Positions 17,040 to 26,378 of a stretch of 64,000 nt of DNA are shown piece by piece; the first letter of the stretch is position 1, and each line of letters starts with the position of its first letter. The DNA comes from Candidatus Bathyarchaeota archaeon. Lineage in GTDB: Archaea > Thermoproteota > Bathyarchaeia > Bathyarchaeales > Bathycorpusculaceae. The stretch is from the NCBI GenBank assembly GCA_963715865.1, contig OY970280.1:992001-1056000 (forward strand), read 5' to 3'. The position numbers were made by a program, and so were the translations under genes. Below the pieces are notes generated by a model that saw nothing but the letters and a program-made list of their open reading frames with translations, searched no databases and was not told the DNA's origin.

Positions 17040-18290
17040 TTACTCGCCGTAAGTGCCTCTTCTAATCTTCTCAGCCAACAAATGGATGAACTCAATCGGC
17101 CAAACATCATCACAAACATCGTCCGTCAATATGTTGCGTTGATGATACATGGAAATTAAATCATTTTTTAGTAGAAGTATTAGAAGGAATTTGTGGCCAT
17201 AAGTTCTTTTGAACAGCGCATATTTGCGAGCTTGCCTTTTAGTCATTTCAAAGTGGGGTTCAAGGATTATTTTTCTTCCTTGAAGTGTCTTTTCTAATAT
17301 AAAATCTGGGGTGTAAATTTCGTTGTTTGGCAAAGGGAAGCTAATCGTTTCATAACCATATGGAATGTGCATCCTCAAAAGGGTGAGGGCGGTTTTTTTC
17401 TCCCATCCGCTCTTGTAGCGGCTCATTTTTTGGTAATAAGCTTGGGACTGCCCAGTTATTTTTTGCATGCGATCAAGAAAATCAAGTGCTGTTTTCAACG
17501 TGTAGCGGTTTAAGGTTTTTTGTTTAAGCCATCTGCCCAAGAGGAAAAAGGGAGAATCTACCTTCGCAGGGTCTTGTGGGAAAAGTCGTTTTGCAAAGTC
17601 AGTTATTTTTTGCCGTGCATCTGCTGCGGTGCGTTCGTCTCTCCACAGCGATGGCGAAGCTGAGTTTATTACACCCAAGCTTGCAGCAACATTAGCGTTT
17701 TCCTTGGTCAATGGAACGTAGAGGTCTTCTGGCAAAAGATGGTCGTAGATTTGCAGGTCAGGTAGAGGTCTCACCATCCACCGCATATAAATCCACGCCT
17801 TGTCTATGTGCGGTCCGCTAAGCGCTTTGATGTTTTGTGCAATGTCCTCGATGAAATCCTTAGGCTTACTAAATCTTTGGGCGTACTTTAGCAGGTTTTT
17901 TTCTTCATTAGTCTTCACAAATAAGTTAACAGACGCCAAGATTTCGGATGCCGCTTTTTTGTTTGGACCTAAATCGTAATAAAAATCGGATTTTACGATT
18001 TCTTCTTCGAAAATATGCGCTTTTTTTATTTCGAAAAGGCTGTTGCCAAAGGCTTCATGTAGATATGCTAGTAGCATTCGTGCGTTTTCAGGGTAACCTA
18101 CAACTGTATCATCAAGTATAGATGCAGCCAGTAGAAAGTAGTGCGCTATAGTTTTCCGCTCTTCATACTTTTCCGAGTACGGGTTAAAGAGCAACCGTGG
18201 ACTCATACGTCGGTCCCATTGGATGTCAACAACGTTGGAATTCTTGTTAATGAAGTCAACAAGTAAAGTTAGCACTTCATCGGTTGCCAT
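17040..18290 (-). CDS. DUF2400-like (HhH-GPD superfamily) domain fused to a T7 endonuclease I-like PD-(D/E)xK domain
   Basis: YMRWMVR...LYVPL...FPQDPAKVD; then YKSGWE...YGYE...YTPDF...ILEPH. Confidence 0.65.
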   Translation of the reverse strand: MATDEVLTLLVDFINKNSNVVDIQWDRRMSPRLLFNPYSEKYEERKTIAHYFLLAASILDDTVVGYPENARMLLAYLHEAFGNSLFEIKKAHIFEEEIVKSDFYYDLGPNKKAASEILASVNLFVKTNEEKNLLKYAQRFSKPKDFIEDIAQNIKALSGPHIDKAWIYMRWMVRPLPDLQIYDHLLPEDLYVPLTKENANVAASLGVINSASPSLWRDERTAADARQKITDFAKRLFPQDPAKVDSPFFLLGRWLKQKTLNRYTLKTALDFLDRMQKITGQSQAYYQKMSRYKSGWEKKTALTLLRMHIPYGYETISFPLPNNEIYTPDFILEKTLQGRKIILEPHFEMTKRQARKYALFKRTYGHKFLLILLLKNDLISMYHQRNILTDDVCDDVWPIEFIHLLAEKIRRGTYGE

Positions 18291-18491
18291 AGCCCATACC
18301 CCGTTTATTGACTATATATGCATTAGTGGCTTAAAACTGCTATTATAGTAAGCGACCATTTAACTAAAGAAATATTTTTGATCTTTAAGACTGGGAAATA
18401 GATTAATAGAAGCGGGAATTTTGAATATGCATTACAGCGGAAAGACGAAGCGCCTATATAGGAAAAAGCTGTAAAAAAAATAAGCACACGT

Positions 18492-18569
18492 GGGCCGGTC
18501 GTCTAGCCTGGTTAGGACATCTGCTTGACGTGCAGAAGGTCGCCGGTCCGAATCCGGTCCGGCCCACCA
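18492..18569 (+). tRNA. tRNA-Val(GAC), CCA encoded
   Basis: GGGCCGG acceptor stem, anticodon arm TCTGC-TTGACGT-GCAGA, ends CCGGCCCACCA. Confidence 0.95.
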
Positions 18570-19227
18570 ACATTTCATCTTTTAGACAATTCTCAGGTCA
18601 AACGGTCATTTTCGTTCTTGACGCTTGCACAAAAAAAGCCAATAAGGCAAAATGAAGGCGTTTCAGGGTTTTCTTATCTTCACCAATGAGGTTTTAGGTA
18701 ATGAGAGCGCCGTATTTTGTTGTTAAAGTTTGTATCTTTCAAGATCGGATTGAGAACCGCATTTTGGGGTAACAAAATAGAAGATTTCTCCACAGTTGCT
18801 ACAGCGAAACTCTTGATTTTTGTTTTTCTCTACCGCTGGAGAACTACATTTAGGACAGCGTATTTCAACGTTCGGCGTTTTTTCTTCCTTCCAAGTTTAG
18901 CGTAAATTGTTTTGTTATTAAAGATTACGACAAATATGGGTTAGGTTAAAGGGCAAGGTTTTTGAGTGGCGTTGTTTTCTATTGCCTGCCAAGGTTGATG
19001 AATTTTGTCTAGAAAAGCAAAGAAAGCCGAGGGTCTAGAAAAGCACAAGAAATTGCAACGGGAAAAGGACCAGAAACGAAAAGAGAAAAAACAGGTTTCA
19101 CTCCCAGCAAAACACGCCAAAGGCAAAAAATAGTTCTTTTGCGTTAAACGAAGTTTGTCTACTCCGATGTAATCTACTTTTTCCGTTTGTTACCTATTTC
19201 TAAATTCTGAGTTTCAGTGGCCAAAGC

Positions 19228-19266
19228 GCAGAACGTCGCCGGTCCAGATCCGGCCCGGCTCACCAA
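19228..19266 (+). repeat. Degenerate copy of the tRNA-Val 3' half (att scar)
   Basis: 34 of 39 nt identical to 18532-18570. Confidence 0.8.
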
Positions 19267-19367
19267 GCCAACCACAAATTTTTAGCTTTTAGAGTAATTA
19301 ACTTTTCACTGAAACTAAAGTATATGTTAATTAGATCAAGAAAAATTAAGAAAAAATAATGTTAGGT

Positions 19368-20516
19368 TTATGCTTTTGGTGGAGGTCTTGCTGCAAGAAC
19401 AACGGTCACGTCTATCTGTGAGTTTCCTCTAAAGACACTAATAATTACGCTGTCACCTGGCAAAGTATGTTCTTCCAAGTAGGTTGCTAAATCATCGTTG
19501 TTTCTGATTGTTTGGTTATTCAATGCAATTACAATGTCGCCGACGTTTAATTTGCCATCTGAAGGCCCTCCGCCGACTACTGAAGCAATCCTCCAGCCAT
19601 AAGTAACGCTGGCGCCGTATTGCTGAGCCAAACTATAATCCATGTCCTCTCCTGTTACGCCTAAATAGGCGTGCCCAGTGTAATATCCATTTGTTATCAA
19701 AGAGGATATTTCTCGTAATATAGTGTCTGAGGGAATAGCAAAGCCTAATCCTTGCGAGTCAGAAACTATCGCTGTTGTTATGCCTACTACATTTCCAGCA
19801 GCGTTTAGCAACGGGCCCCCTGAATTTCCAGGGTTTATAGGCGTGCTCGTTTGAATGATATTAGCAATTGCGAACCCTCCAGCTGTGTCTTCCGTTATTG
19901 TTCTTCCCAGTGCACTTACAACGCCTGTCGTTAACGAGCCGACTAGTCCATAGGGATTTCCAATAGCGATTACTGATTCGCCCACACCTAATGTAGAAGA
20001 ACTTACGATATTAACAGGTTTAAACTCCGATGAAAGTGCATTAACTGAAAGAACTGCTAAATCAGAGTACGGGTCAGTTCCAAGGACTGTTGCTGAGTAG
20101 CCGTTTCCATCTGAGAAGGTGACGCTTAAACCGGTAGTGCCTTCAACAACATGGTAATTGGTTAATACAACGGTTCTGCCTGAAAAGGTATAAACGAAAC
20201 CTGATCCTTGCACGGTACCACTGCTAGTGTCGCCTTGTATTAAAACAATGGAGTCACGAACACTTTGGTACAGAGCAGCTAGAGACGTGCCGTTCTGAAT
20301 TATGTTGATGGTTTGGTAAGTAGCATTTTGGAAGCCTTTAAGGTCAGAAACTTGACTTCGCAGATTCGCAACTTGACTGCTAAGGCTATTTACTTGCTCG
20401 TAATTGATATAAAAACTCACTAATCCTCCAGCTAGTAACCCTGCGGCAAACAGGAGTATTAGAAGGCTAGCTAAAGCTTTACTACCCTTGGACGCTATCA
20501 TTTCATTGAACCTCAA
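19368..20516 (-). CDS. htrA: HtrA/DegP-like serine protease with PDZ domain
   Basis: TNYHV, DLAVL, GNSGGPL triad motifs; N-terminal membrane anchor; C-terminal PDZ. Confidence 0.92.
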   Translation of the reverse strand: MRFNEMIASKGSKALASLLILLFAAGLLAGGLVSFYINYEQVNSLSSQVANLRSQVSDLKGFQNATYQTINIIQNGTSLAALYQSVRDSIVLIQGDTSSGTVQGSGFVYTFSGRTVVLTNYHVVEGTTGLSVTFSDGNGYSATVLGTDPYSDLAVLSVNALSSEFKPVNIVSSSTLGVGESVIAIGNPYGLVGSLTTGVVSALGRTITEDTAGGFAIANIIQTSTPINPGNSGGPLLNAAGNVVGITTAIVSDSQGLGFAIPSDTILREISSLITNGYYTGHAYLGVTGEDMDYSLAQQYGASVTYGWRIASVVGGGPSDGKLNVGDIVIALNNQTIRNNDDLATYLEEHTLPGDSVIISVFRGNSQIDVTVVLAARPPPKA

Positions 20517-20548
20517 AAGATAATTTGCATTTAAGAAAATAAAAGTTG

Positions 20549-21550
20549 CTATTTTCTACGGTCAATTATCTCCATTGCCTCAGGTCCCGTGCCAACTAAA
20601 ACGATAGGCACGCCAGTTTTGATTTCAACCTCTTTTATGAAGCCCTTTGCTTCCTTAGGTAAATCGCTGTATTGTTTGGCGCCTCTGCAGTTTGGGAAAA
20701 GGCTGTCTAGTTTTGTCATTGCCGCTTGCGTGGCGCCGTTTATTTTGGCGCTTTTCTTTGCTAACTCGAAATTAAACGGTGCTGAGCGTCTGTCTCTGCC
20801 TGTTCCAGCAGCGACTTCAAACCAGCCTCTTTTCTGAGCTTCCTCTTTTGTTATTTCTCCAGGTAATGGTCCGGCGCCAACTCTTGTCATGAACGATTTA
20901 TACACTATCAGAACGTCGTCAACTCTTGTTGGCCCCACTCCTGCTTCTGAGGCGATGGCTGATGCGCCTGTGTCTCTTCCAGTCACGTATGGGTAGCCGC
21001 CGCTCAAGAACAGTGACAACATGAAGCCTTGCGTGCCTTCAAGAAGCACTTTTTTACCTTCATCTAAGCCATCGTTGACTTCTGCCACTTGGTCAGTAAG
21101 GTAGGATTTCAACTCGGGAATGTCTTTGGCAAGTTTTGCAGTGCGTCTAACGCGTTCTTCGATGGCAGGTCCTACACCCCAACCTGTGGTTCCTATGCCT
21201 TTGTTGACAGCGCTTGCCTTATCCTGAGCGCTATGCTTCTCCTCAATAATTGAAGCGTTCTGGTCTATGCCAATTCTGCCTTGCACTTTTGTTAGTTCTA
21301 CTTCTTCAAAAAATTTCGGCACATGGATGTTTGCACCTGCAGCGATAAGCAGGCGTGTTTTAGGATTTAAGAAGGCTGCGGGAACCATATGTAAAGCGTA
21401 TTTTTTGCCTTCAAACCAGACAGTATGTGCTGCATTTACTGAGCCGGTTCTAACGCAGAAATCAAGTTTATCCTTAAGGGCTAAATAAGAGATTATTTTT
21501 CCTTTGCCTTCGTCTCCCCAGAAGGCGCCGACAATAACCGTGCAAGGCAT
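20549..21550 (-). CDS. purA: Adenylosuccinate synthetase (short archaeal type)
   Basis: GAFWGDEGKGK, EGTQG, YPYVT motifs. Confidence 0.97.
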   Translation of the reverse strand: MPCTVIVGAFWGDEGKGKIISYLALKDKLDFCVRTGSVNAAHTVWFEGKKYALHMVPAAFLNPKTRLLIAAGANIHVPKFFEEVELTKVQGRIGIDQNASIIEEKHSAQDKASAVNKGIGTTGWGVGPAIEERVRRTAKLAKDIPELKSYLTDQVAEVNDGLDEGKKVLLEGTQGFMLSLFLSGGYPYVTGRDTGASAIASEAGVGPTRVDDVLIVYKSFMTRVGAGPLPGEITKEEAQKRGWFEVAAGTGRDRRSAPFNFELAKKSAKINGATQAAMTKLDSLFPNCRGAKQYSDLPKEAKGFIKEVEIKTGVPIVLVGTGPEAMEIIDRRK

Positions 21551-21575
21551 AGCAATTCACCTTTGACAAGTCGCA

Positions 21576-21782
21576 TCAAGAATTATTTAAAGATGTAGGG
21601 GGCTTTTTATTGTGTCTCTTATTTTCATTTATCAATTGAGCTAAACGGTAAGTAACATAGGCTGAAAAGCTGCGAATGCCTTTTTTTATGGCGTATTCCT
21701 CTTTGACCTCGAGCCATTCGTTAAAAAAGTAATCGTAAACCTCAGCCTTTACAGTAATGCTTTTATAGCCTTTTTTTGGCGT
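21576..21782 (-). CDS. RHH-like protein with ACG at the expected start, 68 aa (not in ORF track)
   Basis: (M)PKKGYKSITVKAEVYD preceded by GAGGGG; paralog of 21907-22053. Confidence 0.55.
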   Translation of the reverse strand, partial: TPKKGYKSITVKAEVYDYFFNEWLEVKEEYAIKKGIRSFSAYVTYRLAQLINENKRHNKKPPTSLNNS

Positions 21783-21906
21783 TTTGTTCCCCTCTTAAGC
21801 ATAGCTACCGAACGTACATTTATATAAGGTTTGACAATCTTGCGGTAATTTACCGTTAATTATATATTTACTGAGTACCGTAAAGTACGGAAGGGAGATT
21901 GGAGTT

Positions 21907-22053
21907 TTGCCACGGAAAGGTTATAAATCTATAACTGTCACTGAGAAGGTTCATGAAGTCATCAAAAAAAGATCAAAGGAAACCAACCGAACTATTAGAG
22001 AATATGTTGAATACTTGCTTGCTAAGGATAAAACTGCTAAAGAAGGAAAATAA
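21907..22053 (+). CDS. RHH-like protein, 48 aa (not in ORF track)
   Basis: TTG start; MPRKGYKSITVTEKVHEVIKKRSKETNRTIREYVEYLL. Confidence 0.65.
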   Translation: MPRKGYKSITVTEKVHEVIKKRSKETNRTIREYVEYLLAKDKTAKEGK

Positions 22054-22056
22054 TTT

Positions 22057-22236
22057 TTGACCATCAAAATTGTTCAAAGCAACGAGAGGGTTGCTGAAGT
22101 ACAATTCGTTTGCGATTGCTGCGGCAAACTAATAAGAACCTGTCTAATAAGAAGAGAAGAAGTTGAAGCTCAAAAAAACACAAAAACAATTTGCTGTCAA
22201 TGCAAACATGCCAAAAACGAAAAGAATAAGCCCTGA
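22057..22236 (+). CDS. Small Zn-finger protein, 59 aa (not in ORF track)
   Basis: CDCCG ... CCQC; TTG 3 nt after the upstream stop. Confidence 0.5.
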   Translation: MTIKIVQSNERVAEVQFVCDCCGKLIRTCLIRREEVEAQKNTKTICCQCKHAKNEKNKP

Positions 22237-22252
22237 TTTTCATTAGGAATTT

Positions 22253-22633
22253 TCAAGAACGCCTGTTTACTGCTTCGCAATCGATTCTTTCCAAAAGTTT
22301 AATCACTCTCTTGCCCTTTAGATTTTTTTCTTTTTCTGTTATTGTATTTCGTGATTGACAAATTTCGTCTAAAATAATTCCTTTTTCTTCATCAAATATA
22401 ACAGGATATACTCGGCAGCCCGAAGGTCTATCAACATAAACGCTGCATTCGCGTTTTTTGCGGTCGTAGAAAACGCAGTAGCCTTCTCGGTTCTTGAGTT
22501 GAGCGTAGCCTTGCTTGTCGAATTTTACAAAGTAGTTTTTGTTGAAGCCTTTCTTTTCTAAGCGCGTGATGTCTTTTTTGGCGAGAAGCATTTCTGTTTC
22601 TGTGCAACAGGCGCCACAATTTGAACAACGCAT
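22253..22633 (-). CDS. YkgJ family (CxxCxxCC) Fe-S/Zn cluster protein
   Basis: CSNCGACC, CVFYD, CSVY, RPSGCRVYP. Confidence 0.9.
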   Translation of the reverse strand: MRCSNCGACCTETEMLLAKKDITRLEKKGFNKNYFVKFDKQGYAQLKNREGYCVFYDRKKRECSVYVDRPSGCRVYPVIFDEEKGIILDEICQSRNTITEKEKNLKGKRVIKLLERIDCEAVNRRS

Positions 22634-22676
22634 AAGCTTGAAGTATTTTGCTTGTATTTTTGCTTTTATCTTGTGT

Positions 22677-22925
22677 TTAGTAACATTTTAGGCGACTGGG
22701 TTGCAGTATGTTTGGGTTTAAAAGTTCTGCCCACGCGACGTTTCTTAAGGGTATGCGGATGGTTCTGCGGTTGCCACATGTAGTGCACGCGATTAAGCTG
22801 TTTTTTCCTGAGCCTTTATGGATTCCAGTTAATTGCACGTTTATTATCACGGCTCCATCCTTTAAGTGCAGGTTAACGTTTTTTCCAATGTATGATTTGG
22901 CGCTGTTAGCGCTGAAGTTCTCCAT
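22677..22925 (-). CDS. Small Sm-like fold protein
   Basis: YIGKNVNLHLKDGAVIINV ... IPLRNVAW. Confidence 0.55.
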   Translation of the reverse strand: MENFSANSAKSYIGKNVNLHLKDGAVIINVQLTGIHKGSGKNSLIACTTCGNRRTIRIPLRNVAWAELLNPNILQPSRLKCY

Positions 22926-23195
22926 TGTCTTTTCACCACTCGTTTTCTTGGTCAGCTATTTTGTTCCAGCATTGTTGGCAGATGGGTTTTTTTTCGCCTT
23001 TTATGAGAATGTATAGTTTGATGTTTTCGCTTTTGCAGTCGTCTTTCCAAGGGTTTTTGCAATGCTCCATTTTTATTACCTCTGAATTACCGTTTTTAGC
23101 GTTTAGCGCTTTTAAGGCGGTTGCAGAAACTACTGTTTGGAGCAGGGGAGGGGTGAGTGAAAGTAAAACTTTATACGCTTAGCGTTTAAACTGAT

Positions 23196-23660
23196 TTGGC
23201 TGTGGAGTGCATGTCTCTCTTAAATAACCCTTTTGCGCTCATTGCAACGACTAGTTTAACTATTCAAATCATTGTTTTATTTTTGCTGCTGTACGGTTAC
23301 TCGCTGAAGAGGAAGCTGAGGTTTCGGCAGCATGGAATCGCCATGTCCGCCGCTGTTGTTTTGCATCTGGTAGTAGTGTTTGCGATTATGATTCCTTCCT
23401 TTGTTCTTGCGGTGATTCCAGGATATGTTATTCCGCATTTTTCTGGAATAATATCTGTTGTTAGTTTGGTTCATGCAGTCGCTGGAGCTTTAGCAGGTTC
23501 ACTTGGTGTCTGGCTGGTTGCTTCTTGGCGCTTTCGCGACTTGAAGGGTTGCTTTACGAAAAAAAGGTTTATGCTTTGGACAATAACAGTTTGGTTTATA
23601 TCATTGTCTTTTGGAATCGCGCTGTACACTATCTTTTATTGGGCTATTCTAATGAGTTAA
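23196..23660 (+). CDS. DUF420-like membrane protein
   Basis: Four TM helices with conserved His (RQHG, VHAV). Confidence 0.6.
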   Translation: MAVECMSLLNNPFALIATTSLTIQIIVLFLLLYGYSLKRKLRFRQHGIAMSAAVVLHLVVVFAIMIPSFVLAVIPGYVIPHFSGIISVVSLVHAVAGALAGSLGVWLVASWRFRDLKGCFTKKRFMLWTITVWFISLSFGIALYTIFYWAILMS

Positions 23661-24199
23661 AGGTTTATTATATACGGCGCTATGGTTTCCTTTGTTATTT
23701 TTAGCAACCCAACCGACGGCTTATTCAGGAAAGACGCAGGGTCAGTAGGGCTTCCCGGATTAATATAGAGGATTTTTCCTTCCCATTTTATGCTGGAACT
23801 ATGAGTGTGCCCATAGACAAAAACGTTGAAACCGTTCTGTTTAGCAATTTCAACCATCTTGCCCGAGCCAAAAAGAATGTTTGGGTCATGCCTGACGCCT
23901 ATTTTCCAATCGAAAATTTTAAGCGAGTTAAGTCTAGGTAAGGCGCCGCTGACTTCTGGGCCATCCATGTTGCCGTGAACCGCTAAAACTGGGGCAATCT
24001 GCTCCAAGTCATCGATCACTGTTAATTCCACTAAGTCGCCAGCGTGTATAATGAAATCCACATGTTCGAAGATTTCAAAGACTTTCTTGGGAATACATCT
24101 TGCTTTTTTAGGGACGTGCGTGTCTGAAATTAAGCCGATGATTTTAGCCGCTTCGAAATTTGCTGCATCCCGACTAATTATTGTTTGTGCGCTGGTCAT
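23657..24199 (-). CDS. YfcE/MJ0936 family metallophosphoesterase
   Basis: SDTH, HAGD, GNMD, GHTH, NPGS motifs. Confidence 0.93.
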   Translation of the reverse strand: MTSAQTIISRDAANFEAAKIIGLISDTHVPKKARCIPKKVFEIFEHVDFIIHAGDLVELTVIDDLEQIAPVLAVHGNMDGPEVSGALPRLNSLKIFDWKIGVRHDPNILFGSGKMVEIAKQNGFNVFVYGHTHSSSIKWEGKILYINPGSPTDPASFLNKPSVGLLKITKETIAPYIINL

Positions 24200-24357
24200 T
24201 TTGCGGTTGACACCAAGATAGGTGTTATCTTGCTTGTTAGAAAAGGTAATGTTAGTATAAAAAATTTTACATTTTCAAAAATTTAAAGCATAATTTTAGA
24301 GTTAAGAACATCCCCTTTCGTTCAGCCTAGGCGTGGCAGGCAAGTATAGCCTTGTTT

Positions 24358-25716
24358 TTAACTCATGAATCTTTTCACAGTTTCATAGAGTATACTTGTT
24401 CCGTAAACAAGGTTTTCTATAGTTATTCGCTCGTCGATGCCGTGCATTCGTTTGTTTAATTGGTCGTTTGGCTCGTCTGGGATCATTGGTTGAAAACCAT
24501 AGCATATGCTGCCGTTTTCTCTAAAGAAGCGCGAATCAGTTCCGCCTGTGGTTAAAGTCGGCGTTACTCCGCAGCCAGGTTCAAACTCTCTTAGAACCTG
24601 TGTGATAGCATTGTAAAGTGGTGTTTCTGTAGTTGATTCTGAACCGTCATGCGCTTGTATAATCTCAAAAGTTAACTTCTCCATGCCCACATCTTTCAGA
24701 AGATCTTTGATTAAATCAATCGTTTTAGTCACGCTTTGCCCAGGGAGTATCCTGCAATCAAACACTGCTTCGCAGTCTGAAGGTATAATGTTCTCTTTGA
24801 CTCCACCTTGGATCATGGTTGGTGTTATGGTCATTTTGGTTCGGGGCCTGATTTCTTCAGCTAAAGCCCTATCTTTTTTTGCCAACTCGTCTAGGATTTT
24901 TTCGCTTTGCTTGGGATTGGCAAGTAAACGTGAAAACGTCTCGTTAAGTTCAGGGTTGTGCTTTGCTATTTCCGCAAGGAACTGTTTGAGGGTGGGGACA
25001 TACATGGTTTCTGGCTGGTAATTTCCAAGGTTGTTGATGACTTTGTTCATGCGCACAATGGCGTTGTCAGCCGTGTTAGGCGTGGAACCGTGACCTGGGA
25101 CCCCTTTCGCTTTTATTTTGAGCCATAAAATTCCTTTTTCTGCCGTCTGCACGGTGAAAACGTTGCCTTTTTTTGTGGGAGTGGCTAATCCTCCACCTTC
25201 ATTTAGAACGTATGGGCACCAAATTTTCTCTCGATGATGTTGCAGAAGGTAGCCTGCTCCTTCTTCGCCGCCTTTTTCTTCATCCGCTGTAGCCGCCAAA
25301 ACGACGTCGCCTTTGAGTTTGGCATTGTTTTTCTTTAAAAGTTTCATGACGAGCACTTCAATGGTCGTCATGCTTTTCATGTCTATGGCACCTCTGCCAT
25401 AAACGTAATTGTCCTTAATTATACCACCAAACGGGTCAACGGTCCATTCGTTTGGGTTAGCTGCAACCACATCGAGATGCGATAATAAGAGTATGCGGGG
25501 TTTTTCACCTGTGCCCTTAAGCCGCGTGATAACGTTGCCTCTTCCGGGCGCTGACTCGATAATTTCAGTTTTGAAGCCCTCTTTAGCTAAGTATTGTGCT
25601 ATGTAGGTGGCAGCTTGTGTTTCGTTGCCTGGAGGATTAGTTGTGTTTATGCGTATTAAATCACTGAGGAAATGAGTGATTTCTTGCTCTACCTCTTTTA
25701 AAATTTGAAATGGCAT
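24358..25716 (-). CDS. M20 family metallopeptidase/amidohydrolase
   Basis: SHLDVV, GRGAIDMK, DEE, GGTD, HGIDE motifs. Confidence 0.93.
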   Translation of the reverse strand: MPFQILKEVEQEITHFLSDLIRINTTNPPGNETQAATYIAQYLAKEGFKTEIIESAPGRGNVITRLKGTGEKPRILLLSHLDVVAANPNEWTVDPFGGIIKDNYVYGRGAIDMKSMTTIEVLVMKLLKKNNAKLKGDVVLAATADEEKGGEEGAGYLLQHHREKIWCPYVLNEGGGLATPTKKGNVFTVQTAEKGILWLKIKAKGVPGHGSTPNTADNAIVRMNKVINNLGNYQPETMYVPTLKQFLAEIAKHNPELNETFSRLLANPKQSEKILDELAKKDRALAEEIRPRTKMTITPTMIQGGVKENIIPSDCEAVFDCRILPGQSVTKTIDLIKDLLKDVGMEKLTFEIIQAHDGSESTTETPLYNAITQVLREFEPGCGVTPTLTTGGTDSRFFRENGSICYGFQPMIPDEPNDQLNKRMHGIDERITIENLVYGTSILYETVKRFMS

Positions 25717-25862
25717 TGCTTTCAGAGCTCCTGCATGTTGTCTAGTGGCTTTTTTCTCTTAAGAGTTGCTGTTACTGCTGCCCAGTAAAAATGGGCGGAT
25801 TTTTCGTTTATTCAACAATGATGTTTATATATGATGTCAAAAACGCTAGTGAATAGTAAAAG

Positions 25863-26378
25863 TTGATCAAAATGAAAGAACTGAAACCTATAGACTACAA
25901 AATTCTGTTTGAATTAATGAAGGATTCTCACAGAAGCGATAGGCAACTAGCAAGATCCCTAGGTGTTTCCCAACCTACTGTAACCCGAAGAAGAGCCATG
26001 CTTGAAGAAAACTTCATCGAAGGATACACGGTTATACCAAAGTTTGGTCAAATCGGGTTTGAGATAGCAGCTTTCACATTTTTGAAAAGCAAACTTAAAT
26101 TTAAAACAGGCGAGGAAAAAGCTCAGGCTTTAAAGAAAATGAAGGAGTGGTACATGAAACAACCCAATGTTATTCTAGTTTTGGACGGAAGAGGAATGGG
26201 TTGGGATACTGCCTGCATATCGCTTCACGAAAACTTCGCAAATTTCGCCGAGTTCATAAGGGCGCATGATTCAGAACTATCTGAGTGGGTAGTTGAAAGC
26301 CAAACCTTCCATGCTGACTTGAAGGCTGGAATCGTAATCAAGCCATTCCATCTTAAATATTTGATAACACCAAAGTAA
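25863..26378 (+). CDS. Lrp/AsnC family transcriptional regulator
   Basis: N-terminal HTH (IDYKIL...SDRQLARSLGVSQPTV). Confidence 0.88.
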   Translation: MIKMKELKPIDYKILFELMKDSHRSDRQLARSLGVSQPTVTRRRAMLEENFIEGYTVIPKFGQIGFEIAAFTFLKSKLKFKTGEEKAQALKKMKEWYMKQPNVILVLDGRGMGWDTACISLHENFANFAEFIRAHDSELSEWVVESQTFHADLKAGIVIKPFHLKYLITPK

